Assembly: GCA_964016885.1 (NCBI GenBank) | Contig: OZ024740.1 | Coordinates: 246,574,001 to 246,638,000, forward strand | DNA: 64,000 nucleotides | Reading direction: 5' to 3' | Source: Eledone cirrhosa | Lineage: Eukaryota | Shown: positions 1-12,157 of the stretch, one piece after another | How the letters are laid out: each line of letters starts with the position of its first letter | Position numbering within the stretch: position 1 is the first letter of the stretch | Program-made: the position numbers and the translations under genes | The notes under the pieces: model-generated | What the model was told of the DNA's origin: nothing | Database searches by the model: none | Seen by the model: only the letters and a program-made list of their open reading frames with translations

Positions 1-1354
1 ATTGTGGTCAATGGTGTTTGATTTACTGCCAGTGTGGCGTAGGTAGGAAATGGGGTCTCGTTTTCTTGGTGGTTTGTTGAAGGTAGAAATCCTTCAGGTG
101 TAGTTTTTCCCCACATGTGAGGCACTTTGGTTTTCTGTTCTCTAGAGTCATGAGAAGTCGGATGCCGTCCACGCAGTCTATTATGTCGGGGATGGCCTCA
201 GTATTTTCTTGATTCGTTTGGATCAGTATTTCCATCCTCGATCCTGATCAGTTTTTCATTTTGATTTTCTTTACGTCTAGAATCTGTGTGCTGTACTTAA
301 CGTCCATGAGTACAACTGTCACTAGCCAGGGAATAACTTTTGTGGGTGACACCTGGGTCACTATCATCTTTACTAATCTTTGGTCACAATATGTTGGCGG
401 CAGAGTCAGCTATTTTCTCCTCAGTGGTGTAAGGGAGTGTCTGGTTTCCTCATGGGTTTTAGAAAATACGTCCACCGTCCCAAATCCCCTGCCTCGGATG
501 TTATGAGGTTTGAGTTCTCATACGCAACCCAAAGCCTTTTGGATTTGGGACTTGGTGGTGCGTTTCCCCTGGCATGACTTCACTCCAAATGAACGGTATG
601 TTATCTACCGTACAACGTCGCACGTTTTCCAGCACGTCGCGTGGAGGTGTGAGGCTGACTCTGTGACCCCTCCTCTTTAGCATCTGCTTAGCCTCCCTAA
701 TTTCATTTTCGTTGGATTGTGCGGTGGATTGGCAGTACCGGTAGAGGGTCGGACGCCATGCTTTGTAGCATAGAGTTACGCCCCTTTATGATCTGAGTTC
801 GAATACCGCCGAGGTTAACTTTGCCTTTCATCCTTACGGGGTCGATAGAATAAAGTACCAGTAATGCACTGGATAATTGCTGGCCTTGTGCCAAAAGTAG
901 AAACAATTTTTCCATTTTCGTTGATAGTTATTGTTTCTGTATTTTTCGTTCCCCTTGTGAAGGGAACAGCTGATTTTGAAGGATCTTTCTGAGTTGTGTT
1001 AAAAGGAGTCACACTCTGCTTTGTCTTCGGGTCGGTATACTTGGTTGACAGATTGCTGCTGCTGTTATTGTTGTTGTAGTTGCTGTTGGTGGTGCTGGCG
1101 GTTTTGGTCTTTGTCACATGGTAGCTGGCTGAAAGAGGAGGAGCGTATCGCTTCCATTTTTAAAACGCTTGTAGGCGTGAAAATTAAGAAAATAAAGATA
1201 AAATATTTGGGCCAAAGGCCCAAATATTATGGGTCACCTTTTCTCACCCTATGAACAGTTTATAACAAAACTATTTCAACGAATAACATTTCAAACAACT
1301 TAAAACAACATACCTTTCGGAACTAACAATAACACGTCTTCACAAGCAGCCACC
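1..1354 (-). mobile_element. 5' part (5'UTR + decayed ORF1) of a Tx1/L1-clade LINE, a diverged relative of the full-length copy; runs off the window; interrupted by a SINE
   Basis: ORF 23..235 (EILIQTNQENTEAIPDIID...KPKCLTCGEKLHL) aligns with ORF1 of the 2189-8195 element (EMLIQTNQECIEAIPDVID...RPKCFRCGSKTHL). N/S-rich N-terminus at 915-1117. 5' end abuts (AAT)n at 1355-1372. Confidence 0.85.
719..907 (+). mobile_element. tRNA-derived SINE (main young family in this window)
   Basis: A-box-like TGGCAGTACCGG and B-box-like GAGTTCGAATACC; near-identical to the other copies; flanked by duplicated CATTTTCGTTG. Confidence 0.85.
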
Positions 1355-1372
1355 AATAATAATAATAATAAT

Positions 1373-2120
1373 GCATTCTTTATTAACCACAAGAGTTTAC
1401 ACAAAGTAAGACATTAAGGACAGTACAGGACAATACAGGACAATACAGGACGGTACAAGTGGGCATTTCTGCGTGTAAAAAAAACAAAAACAGAGCATGT
1501 AACAAAAAAAGAAACAATGAAAAATTCCCCAATAGGGGGGAGACTTCCGAGGGCCATCGTGGAGAAAGCCCATTAAAAAAATGCCACGGTGACCCTGACC
1601 ACCAGGGCAAGTGCTCTCTCCCAGTTTTCCACCTTCAATTTACAGGCACATACTCAGAGTAGGCCCATTTACACGGGCCATTCTTGCCTCTCTCATTTCC
1701 ATGCCTGTAGAGTTTATCCCGAACTGGCAAAGCTCCTCGGTAGCACTGCCAAGCCAGGGATTTCTGGAAGTTGTCCATAGGCTCCGGCCCGGAAGTCCTT
1801 CCGAAGAAATTGGCTAGTTGATTTTCGTCGAAGCCTAGAGTTTCCCCAAGTACGTCGTCTTCCCCTCCACTAATTCTCTATAGAACGCCAAGGTGGAGTT
1901 TCCACCGATCACATTGCCCGACTAGTCGAGGGCTGTGAGCGCCTGAAGACATTCCAGTCTCCAAGCTCCCCCTCTCGGTCTTCGCTTGACCCAGGACTAC
2001 AGCTCCGTCAAGGAGACGAGTTGGGAAAGACGCGTCTAGCAAACGGCGACCACACCTGATCACCGTCGAGGAAGAGGTGGAGATATCGCAGCCTGAGCGC
2101 ATATCTGCGCATTATCAGCC
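1373..2120 (-). mobile_element. 5'-truncated, internally deleted 3' fragment of the Tx1-type LINE
   Basis: Matches 2189-3295 (3'UTR and end of ORF2), missing the segment equivalent to about 2485-2865; bounded by (AAT)n on both sides. Confidence 0.9.
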
Positions 2121-2189
<69 letters not shown>

Positions 2190-2431
2190 TTTTCTTTATT
2201 AACCACAAGGGTTCACATAAAGTAGACATTAAGGACAGTACAGGACAATACAGGACGGTACAAATGGGCATTTCTGCGTGTAAAAAAACAGAGGTTGAAA
2301 TAAAATAACAAAGAAAAATTCCCCAATAGGGGGGAGACTTCCAAGGGACATTTGTGGAGAAAGCCCATTAAAAGACCACAGTGGCCCTGACCACCAGGGC
2401 AAGTGCCCTCTCCCAGTTTTCCACCTTTAAT

Positions 2432-5400
2432 TTACAGACACATACTCAGAGAAGGCCCATTCATTCGGGCCATACTTGCTTCTCTCACCCATCTTTCAAC
2501 AAAATGCTGGGAAGAGAGCACTTCCCTCTCTACCCTGATTTTCCTTTTCAAATGAAATTTGAAAAAGTTAATCAGGGCATCACCGAAGAGGTAAGTGCTC
2601 GTCTTCAGCCCTTTCAAACGTGTCCACCATACTATCTCTTTCGCCATGGCCACCAGACAGATAAAAACTGCCTGCCCTTCCAGGCTAAAGGAAGGGGGCG
2701 GGGCAATCCTCACGATGGACTCAGCTGATAGCTGGATCCGTCCTACACGTGACAGCAGGTGTTCGACATAAACCCACAAGTCAGCAATGCTCGGACACTG
2801 GACGAGTGCGTGCAGGACGGTTTCGTCGCCCTGCGCGCATCTCGGACATGCCCGGCTGACGGCACCTCCATGCCTGTAGAGTTTATCCCGAACTGGCAAA
2901 GCTCCTCGGTAGCACTGCCAGGCCAGGGATTTCTGGAAGTTGTCCATAGGCCCCGGCCCGAAAGTCCTTCCGAAGAGATTGGCTAGTTGATTTTCGTCGA
3001 CGCCTAGAGTTTCTCCAAGTACGTCGTCGCTCTTCCCCTCCACTAATCCCCTATAGAACGCTAAGGTGGAGTTTCCACCGATCACATTGCCCGATTGGTC
3101 GAGGGCTGTGAGCGCCTGAAGACATTCCAGTCTCCAAGCGCTCCCTCTCGGTCTTCGCTTGACCCAGGACTGCAGCTCCGTCAAGGAGACGAGCTGGGGA
3201 AAAACGTGTCTTGCAAACGGCGACCACACCTGATCACCGTCGAGGAAGAGGTGGAGATGTCGTAGCCTGAGCGCGTGTCTGCGCATCATCAGCCACGGCA
3301 TGCCCAGCCCTCCACGTAGCGGGTGTTGACAGCAGATGGACCGCCTGACCATCGGAGCGCGTCCCTTCCACAAGAAGCGAAAGAGCAAACGCTCCAGCGC
3401 AGTCAGGCGAGGCTTAGGACAAGGTACGACGGTCAGGCGGTAGCAGATGACAGACGCGATGTACGCGTTAGCCACCTCCGCTCGACCTTTCAGGGATAGC
3501 TTCCTCTCCGCCCATTTCTGGGTGAGAGAAGCCACCCTGCTCGTCACCTCGTCCCAGTTTTTGTCCGTTTGGAGGTCCGGACCGAACCAGACCCCTAGCA
3601 ATTTAACCGGTCCGTCCGTCCAGCGCCCGACGACGCTGTTGGACGGCATGGACCTGCCTCTCCAGGTGCCGAGCTACAGGCCCACTGACTTTTCCTGGTT
3701 GATCATTGCTCCTGTCACCGCTTCGTATTCTCTTAGTGTAGTGCCGATCGCCTCGATGTGTTTGGCGTTCGACACCACTACTGTGACATCGTCCGCATAT
3801 GCTGACACGGATCTTCCGCATCCTAGTTCGCGCGGGACTCCCCTCAACGTCTCCAGTTTGTGCAGTAATGGCTCGAGAGTCAATACGTACAAGAGGGACG
3901 AGAGGGGACATCCTTGGCGGACCGAGCGCATGATGTTGAACGGTTCCGACAGGTGACCGTTCACTCTCACCACAGAGCAAATGTCGCTGTGCATGGCAGC
4001 GATCCAGCCTCTGAAGACGGGCCCAAAGCCAGCCGCCCTCAGGACGGCCGCTAGGTAACGATGGTCAACCCTGTCGAAAGCTTTCGACTGATCTAAATTG
4101 ATCAAGGACCCACCCGTGCCAGGTTCCTTAGCTACCCTCTCTATGATGTATCGCATGAGGTGGAGGTTGTCGTGGATGGATCTGTCGGGAATGGCGCATG
4201 TCTGCGCCTCTCCCACCAGACCACCAACGACAAGCGCCAACCTCTTTGCTAGCACCTTGGCCAAAATCTTGAACTCTGTGTTTAGCAGAGTTATGGGCCG
4301 GAAATTGTCTATGTTATCCCCCTTGTTCGGATCCTTTCTCAGCAGTGCCACCGCTCCTCGGCTCACAGAACTGGGAATTCTCCCGTTCTGTTGCCAGTTG
4401 CAGTAGACGTCCGCCAAGAGGCCTCCGAACAAGTCTGGCATCTGTACGTAAAGTTCATAGGGCAGACCATCCAAACCAGGCGATTTACCCCTTGTGCAGC
4501 CAGTCATTGCCTCCCTTACTTCAGTGGCTGTTATCGGCTTTTCGCAACACTTCGCCTCAGTGGCCGAGAGCCGCGGCAGTCCGTCGAGGTAGACACTAAA
4601 GTCCATCCCTCTACCCGGCCCACCGCTGCCCCCGAACAGCTGAGCGAAGTGTCGCTGAAAAGCTTCACACATTTGCCCGGGATCGAGTAGCATGCGCCCG
4701 TCGTGGTCCACCAAAGACCGGATCGTGGCTTTGTTGCCACGACGCGCCTCCGCCACTCGGGCCCATTGAACGGCTTTCGTCCCCTCGTGTCTGAGAGCAC
4801 GCACCCTAGCTCTGACAACGCAGCCTTCGTGCTTTGCATTGAAGAATTGGTCAAGGGCCAATTTCGCCGCAAGCACGTCGGTCGCAATGCCTTTGCTAAG
4901 CGCCTCGTCTAATTTTCTAACTAGTTCTCCCTCTGCTCTATTTTTCTCTATTGCTAAAGCCTTACTAAACCTAATCGATTCTATTCTAATCGCTCTTTTC
5001 AGAGCAAACCACCACTTGTTGTTGGCGATGGCCCCCGTCAACGCCCGCTTAACTAGTTCGCTAATCCGGTCTCTGTAGGCCTTGCGCGCTGGTAAGGACG
5101 CGTTTAGCTTCCAGTAGCCGGGTCCTCGTCTATGAAGCCTATCTAAGTCAAGCACACAGGTCACGAATTTGTGGTCCGTGTAGCTGACTATCTTGAATTG
5201 TGGACAGCCTATGCTAGACCTATCTATTTCCCTACAAAATACTCTATCTAGATATGATCTGGATGACCCAATGCGGTTTGTCCAAGTCCACATTGGCACA
5301 TTCGGGAAATCCAATCGGTACCTGTCAGACAGTTCAAAACGCCTGAGCAGGTTGGTGAGGCTCTTGCACCCTCCACCCCTATCCGCTAATCCCACACAGT

Positions 5401-5851
5401 CCCAGCGTGCATCTAAGATCCCGTTCCAGTCGCCCACTAACACTAAAGAGCGGAACGTTCCAAGAAAGGTCTCCAGACGCCGGAAGAAATCAGGCCGCCC
5501 TGCTCCTGTCGGGGCATAGACGGCCACTAGCCTGAAAGCTTGCCCGTCTCCGCTGGTCACGTCCAGCACCACCAGCTTACCCTCTGGGTCCAGGAAGATG
5601 GCCCGTATGGCGAGATCCAAACCTCTCCGAAAAAGCACAGCAACTCCTCCACCGGATCCAGGACGGCTGGGAGATGCGTACACATCGTAGCCGCCGAAGA
5701 TCGGTGCGAAGGCCCGTGCTTCGGAGATTCTGGTCTCGCTGATGGCCACTACATCTATGTTTAGTGACCTGAGGTCGTTGAGCAGGTGACCCTGCTTCCA
5801 TGACGACCCCAAGCCACGCGCATTTATGCTGCCTATTCTGAGTGAGGTCAT
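2432..5851 (-). CDS. LINE ORF2: apurinic endonuclease + reverse transcriptase + C-terminal zinc finger; one in-frame TAG at 3674-3676
   Basis: ORFs 3674..5851 and 2432..3649 are in the same frame. EN motifs SINARGL, ISETR, VYAP, GDWN, YLDR, TDH; RT motifs PGLDG, FRPITLLN, LDQSKAFDRV, RQGCPLS, YADD; zinc finger CPRC...HALVQC. Confidence 0.93.
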
Positions 5852-5886
5852 GTTTAAAATAGAGTAGAAAAGATGGGAAAGACCAC

Positions 5887-7980
5887 TTACCGTACTTTTG
5901 GTAGAGGAGGGATGGTTTTTACATCCCTTTTCACTTGATCGTCTGGTGAAGGGACCGTTGAATCGTCCCTTCGGCTGGTCGTCGGCTCTTCTAAGAGAAT
6001 GTCTGAGTATACTCTTCGATTGATGGTTCCTCCTAGGTCCCTGAAATCACCAACTGCGTTGGGGAATTTCCTTTTAATATTTGTGTATTGTTTCTGTGCT
6101 ATTTTTAGCAGTCTTATGTTAGTTGGCGTTTTGATTGGTGCTGGTATTATGTAGTCCTGTGAAATGTCTGTGTGTTCAATTATGTAAGTCATTAGTTTCT
6201 TGTTGTGTGTATTTATTGCCGTGCATTTGTTTTTCTGGGGGTGGGGTATGGTTCTGCTATTTTCTTGTCGTTGTTGCTGGGTGTGTGTGTTTTGTTGTTG
6301 TGTTTGCGATGTTGGTGCTTGTGGTGGTGGTGTTGAAGGTGTTGTTGGCGGTGGGGTTGTCGCCGGTGGTCATGGTGGTGCTAGTGTGGGTGGTGATGGT
6401 GTTGGTGTTGTTGCTGCTGTGGGTCTCTTTGCAGTAGACTTTACCCTTTTCTCATTTCTTTCCTCCCTTTTCAAAGGCGACGATGCGCTGCTTCTGCGTT
6501 TGTGCCTTCTTACGACCTTTTGCCATCTCTCTCCCACCTCACACTCCATGTCTGATTCTGTGAGGTCGGGGAGGGGTACCAGCTCTACTCTTTCACTTGT
6601 TGTTGGTGGTGATGTTTGCACTGGAGTCTCTGTTGCAGCTGCATTTGGTATTGCTGTTGTTGTTGTTAGTATTTTCACTGCTGCTGCTGTTTTTGATTTC
6701 CGTGGTGTGGGTATGGGTGCCACGGGCCTATCGTTCCTGGTTGCCGCTTGTCCTGTTGCTGGTAGCCGTGGAGCCGGATTCGGAAGGAGGGGGGTTTTCT
6801 CCTTTCTCAGGGTCTTCTCGTTGCAGAAGGCCCTGAGGTGAGTCTTCGATCCACAGCGAAAGCATTTCGGGCGTTTGCCCTCAACACTTATGGGCAGTTG
6901 AGTGCCGTTATCGAAGTCTATCACATCCGGGATAGCTTCGATGCACTCCTGGTTGGTTTGGATTAGCATCTCAATGGAGGAGCCGACCCAATCTTCTCTT
7001 ACTTTTTTCTGTACTTGCAGTACAGTTGTTTTGTCCTCGATTCCGACGAGGACAGACGCGGCCAGCCAAGAAGGGGTCATTCCGGGGGGGACGTGGGTCA
7101 GTTTGACCCTCACAATTTTTTGCCCACAGTAGGAGGGCACCAACACCATTTCCTCGCTCCTTAGGGTCACTACTGATTGGGCCTTTGCCTCCTGGGGTGT
7201 GGCAAAAAGTACGTCTACGGTGGCATATTTTTTGCCTCGGGTGATGTGCGTTTTCCGCTGCCACACAGACCCCAAGGCTTTTTGTATTTGGGCCTCTGTG
7301 GCTCTTTCCACCCTACGGGATTTTGTACTTACTGTACGGTACGTGACCGTACAGTGCTCTTGGGTTTCGAAAAATTTTTCCGCTGCCTTGCAGATTGCTC
7401 GGTGTCCGTTCTTTGTCACCATCTTCTTCGCTTCCTCTAATTCCTCATTTGTTATGAGGATTGTTTCCAAGTTTTTCGCAATACCTGCAAATGAGATTGG
7501 TTTTTCTCTGCTGTTGTTGTTGTCGTCAGAGCTGCTGGTACTTTTGTTGTTGCTGCAGGTACTACGACTACCGCCTCCGCCGCTGTTGCTGTGGTTGTTG
7601 TTGGTGTTGCTGCTGCTAATGCTGTTGTTGTTTATGCTGCTGGTGATGCTGTTGCGGCTGCTACTGTTGTTTTCATTGTCACTGTTGCTGTTGTTATTAC
7701 GGCTGCTACTGCTATTATTCCTGACGTCAGACGAATGAACTGGGTTTTCGTATTTCCCGCACACCTGTTTCGTCGCTGTCGTCGTCGTCGTGGAGAAACC
7801 TTGCACGCTTTGCACGAGACTTTTCTTTTCTTTCGTCACTTGCGAAAGAGAAGGGAGGGAGAGAGACACATTTAAAGAAGGGAGGGAGAGAGACAATCTT
7901 CTCTCTGCTGTAGTGATGATTGAGGAAGAAGAAGACGGAATGAGTGGGAGTGACGTATGAAATTTCTTTTTCGTAGCCAT
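5887..7980 (-). CDS. LINE ORF1 (gag-like nucleic-acid-binding protein with zinc knuckle); one in-frame TGA at 6370-6372
   Basis: CX2CX4HX4C knuckle CFRCGSKTHLRAFC. ORFs 6370..8016 and 5887..6192 are in one frame with no other stop between them. ATG at 7980 taken as the likely start. Confidence 0.85.
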
Positions 7981-8195
7981 GTTGTTTTTTTGTTTAAAAT
8001 GAAATTTTGGGTACAAAACCCCAATAACTGGTTATTTAACCCCGAAGGGCCAAATAACGGACAGAAAGACTCCTCTCACGAGGAGGAGGGTGTATTTATA
8101 TCAATTTGGTTCAAGTTTTAAACAATTTACAATTGTTTTAACGGTTAAAAATTACTATACCTTACAGAGCCGAGCCTCTGTCAACCATGGCATTC

Positions 8196-8246
<51 letters not shown>

Positions 8247-8418
8247 TGTTTCTACTTTTGGCACAAGGCCAGCAATTACCCAGTGCATTACTGGTACTTT
8301 ATTTTATCGACCCCGTAAGGATGAAAGGCAAAGTTAACCTCGGCGGGATTTGAACTCAGATCGTAAAGGGACGTAACTATGCTGGAAAGCATGGCGTCCG
8401 ACCCTCTACCGATACTGA
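8247..8418 (-). mobile_element. tRNA-derived SINE whose (ATT)n tail hosts the Tx1 cluster
   Basis: Reverse complement of the SINE consensus; its 3' end AGAAACA runs directly into the (ATT)n at 8196-8246. Confidence 0.88.
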
Positions 8419-9620
8419 TGATGATGATGATTAATGCAAATGGAAGAAAAAATAAAGATGATACGTGGTTAGCAGTCATGATGGTGGAATTATCAAGGCG
8501 TGATTTTATTTATTATTGACAGTCACGCCCTCTACGTTAATAATAATGGAATAACATGAAAACAAACAAACAAAATCGATAATGTCTGCAGTGAGCAATG
8601 AACTAAAATTGGGTTAGTCATGTCATTTACTCTTGCTTTATTCTTGATGATATCTGCCCTTTTCTTTTTCAAAACACACCCGCCACTTACAAATAAACGA
8701 AAAATCACGCTGGAGTTGTTAAATGAACGAAATAATGATAATAATAATAATAGAATGATAGCGTAGGTCATATGAGGTCATGCACTGGCGTTAATAATGA
8801 ACAGATCAGTCAATCAATATATAAGGCGATTTGTTAACTCCAATGAACTCCCATGCCTCCATATATAGAAACAAATATTTTCTCATTCAGTAAATATAAA
8901 AAAAATAAGCATCAGCCATTTTAAGGTCAGTGTCTTTGGAATACTTTTTATAGCAAAACACCAATACAGGTGATGCTGTTAGCAACTGCAGTTGTAGAAG
9001 CAGATTGTAGCAATAGTAGTAGTAGTAGTTGTTGTTGTAGTAATAGTAAACGACTCCATTTGTGAACGGAATCATCCCTGTAATATATCAGAAAAATCTT
9101 TCCCTCCCCCATCTCTCTCTATAAACCTCTCCCTCTCTCTCTCTCTCTACATATATACTTATGAGGATCAATAAAGTATAGTTTCCGGATTTGTGGTTAT
9201 TTTAAAAACTAGAATTGTTTTACATACGCTGACGCATATGTGTATATGGGTGTGCGTGTGTGTATGTGCATGTGCATATATTTATATGTATGAGTATATA
9301 AATATAAACGTGCAAACACAGACACGCTTACAAAAATACAATCACAGACTTACATTCACACAAATACACATACCTCTGATTTCTTACATCAGACGTAAAG
9401 AGACAGGAGTAGTATGAGTTAGTCATAACAATAGTGGTAGCAGCATCCTGTTTTTGTTGTTTTTACCATCCCCTCCCTTCCTTTTACACACACATAATTT
9501 CACGCAGGCAGAAGACGTAAAGAGAGAAGTAGTATGAGGTAGTCAAACTACTCCTCTCTCACTACGTGTTGTGACAGAATCGCAGAAATTTATATATAGA
9601 TTCTTATTATTATGCAGTCT

Positions 9621-9802
9621 GGGATTGGCAGTATCGGTTGAGAGTCGGACGCTATGCTTTGCAGTATAGAGTTACGACCCTTTATAATCTGAGTTCAAAT
9701 CCCGCCGAGGTTAACTTTGCCTTTCATCCTTATGGGGTCGATAAAATAAAGTACCAGTAATGCACTGGTATAATTGCTGGCCTTGTGCCAAAACTAGAAA
9801 CA
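9621..9802 (+). mobile_element. tRNA-derived SINE with 15-bp target-site duplication
   Basis: ATTATTATGCAGTCT at 9606-9620 and 9803-9817; B-box GAGTTCAAATCC. Confidence 0.9.
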
Positions 9803-10184
9803 ATTATTATGCAGTCTTGTAATGCCGAAATCCACTGTAAATGGTCAGGCCTGGCTCATCTTCTCTTTGATGTGATGTCACGCGTCACTAAAGGGTTTAC
9901 TACTACGGTCACATACCACTAGCAACTGAACGTGGTAGCACGCGATTTTTGTCTTTACATCACAGGGAGGCAAACTCCCGCTGACGAACCGGCTCCACAC
10001 CTAATTACACAATGTGTATTATTATTACCTAATATTCTGCATAAGGCTGCTCCTTTCGAAACACTGCCAGCAGATAGGAAGCACTGAAACAGTTGCAGCA
10101 GTCCAAGTATCTTAACATTTTTACTTACACGAAGTCGTCTTCCTTGCTGATTAACGAAAGTGTGCACCCTGGCCAGCTGGGTTC

Positions 10185-10392
10185 GAATTTTAATAATACA
10201 CACTTAATTGGTCATTGAGTGGGTGATGAAACGACCGAAGCTATGTCTGTTCTAATCGACATGCTTTGCCTCTTAATTATTTTAACTCCCGGTGAACTAT
10301 ACGGCATTTAAACTGTAAGTTGAACTTTCTCACTATATTTAGTTCGATCGAAGCTATGTCTGTTCTATTTGACGTGCTTCGTTTCTTAATTA
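10185..10392. repeat. Unclassified dispersed repeat, with an inverted homologue at about 32277-32375
   Basis: GAGTGGGTGATGAAACGACCGAAGCTATGTC matches the reverse complement of GACACAGCTTCGGTCATTTCGTCACTCACTC; both copies end next to (TA)n; internal direct repeat CGAAGCTATGTCTGTTCTA. Confidence 0.6.
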
Positions 10393-11247
10393 ATTTATAT
10401 ATATATGTATATATATATATATGTGTATGTGTGTGTGTATGTGTGTGTGTGTGCATGCGTGTGTGTGTATGTGTGAGTGCTTGTGTGCGTGAAGACAAAA
10501 CAAAATGAATTTATGAAAACTAATTACGTTACTACAATTTATATGAGACATTGTGACATTTGTGGTTAGAATTGTTTCAGGAAAGTCAGTACAGTGCAAG
10601 TTTGAAATAAAGGAGTGAAGACAAAACAAAATCAAACAGTTTATACTCTTACCTTAAATTTCATGTTACCTCGGAGTTACGACTTTTTTTCAAAATAAAG
10701 GAACTGTAGTATAATGTTTGTGGTAAGCGAAGTTCCTTTCTGCAGATATTGGGTTGGAGGGGGTAGTGACATGCGCAGACTTCTCTTCTTGTGACGCTAA
10801 ACTCCGCCAGTTGCAGACTGCACATCAACATGTGATATCTCTCTCCACAAAGTTCGATCACAGACTAGTATAGTTTTATTAGCCAATCAGCTTTAATTCG
10901 CCTCTGTTGTTGGTGAGTGGTCTTAATCTATTTGAGGATTGTCTCTTTCATTCTGAAATGAGAAACGGACGAAACACAGGACAGTCAATGAAACATATAA
11001 TACATACATGATGAATTCACTAGTAAGTATCATACATACAAGTGATCATAAATATACATTGTGGTGATGTGATAAATGTTATTTTACATTAATAGTTATT
11101 GCATTGTCTAAGGTCATGTGTTCATTTCCTGAAGCAGGCGGTGTGTTGTATCTTTTAGAAAGGCACTCAATTTTTCAGAAGTCCACTCTGTTGAAAAAAC
11201 TATTACCAAGAGTGGCGGGGGACTAACCCTGCTATGGACTGATGTAT

Positions 11248-11501
11248 TTGGTGGTAACCCTTTCATTACGATATCTATAATGATATACACAGTATTTCAA
11301 TTAATTAATGATGAATTTGAAAGGATTTACTAAGATTATCAAAATGTTCTTATATCAAATTATGTGGAAACCCATTACTTTGAATAGGAGCCCTTTAAGA
11401 TTTTGGCAGGTTGTTATCAAAAAGCTTAATCTTTTTGATAACAACCTGCCAAAATACTGTGCATATCATTATAGATATCGTAATGAAAGGGTTACCACCA
11501 A
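11248..11501. mobile_element. MITE-like foldback element
   Basis: 50-bp inverted arms 11248-11297 / 11452-11501 containing TAACCCTTTC...GAAAGGGTTA; internal perfect 24-bp hairpin 11401-11454. Confidence 0.6.
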
Positions 11502-11611
11502 TAAGATCTGGCCTGATGAGTACTCTTGGCTGGCTACAGATTTCAACTTTTTAAAACATTACACATATCTCTTGTGTTTAATTTGTGAGATATTGCAGAT
11601 TTCCTTTATAT

Positions 11612-11760
11612 TGGCGCGTGGATGACTGTAGTTAAGAAGTTCGCTTAAGAAGCAACTGATTCGGGGTTCGATCTCACCGCGTGCCTCATTCGGACAGTTT
11701 GTTTATACTACCATAGCCTCAAGTTCACCAATGCCTTGTGAGTGGAAATTAGTAGATTTT
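11612..11760 (+). mobile_element. Older tRNA-derived SINE of a second family (related copy at about 39495-39605, - strand)
   Basis: B-box GGTTCGATCTC; the tail GCCTTGTGAGTGGAAATTAGTAGAT is shared with the 39.5-kb copy. Confidence 0.55.
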
Positions 11761-11974
11761 AAAATGTCTGACTGTCTACCTCAGTATGTGTTTATGTCTA
11801 TATTTAGTGTATCTAAATGGCTAACAATCATCCATTCAGTTTATCTGTGCATCTGTCTGTCTGTCTGTCTGACTGTTTGACAGTCAAAATGTTAGTATTG
11901 TATTTTAGTGTCTCTAACAGTCCACCAATCAGTTAATCTGTGTCTGTCTATCTGATTGTCTGTCAGTTTGTTGG

Positions 11975-12157
11975 ATGCAGCCCTTTACAAGTACACCTGC
12001 GACCCGCACAAAGGTTTTTACAGCGCGAGCTTTTTTTATTTTCGTAATATAAAAAAAACAAAATTGTTGTAATGTGCGCAATTAGTTGTGTGTGGCTCTC
12101 AGACAACACACATGTGACCGATGTGGCCCCCGGGGGACCCTCAGTTTGACGTGCCTG
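11975..12157. mobile_element. Probable non-autonomous hAT-like DNA transposon end
   Basis: Terminus AGTTTGACGTGCCTG with subterminal TGTGGCCC / GCAGCCC motifs typical of hAT MITEs; only one end seen. Confidence 0.4.

Larger units (their letters stand above)
2189..8195 (-). mobile_element. Full-length (~6.0 kb) Tx1/L1-clade non-LTR retrotransposon flanked by (AAT)n
   Basis: 5'UTR, gag-like ORF1, APE-RT-zinc finger ORF2, 3'UTR with AATAAA followed by (ATT)n; (AAT)n at 2121-2188 and 8196-8246. Confidence 0.95.

Noticed and set aside
9982-10070. CTGACGA...GAAA match (also CTGATGA at 11514, 14268, 53483)
   Set aside because: No supporting stems I-III, or the sequence is truncated.
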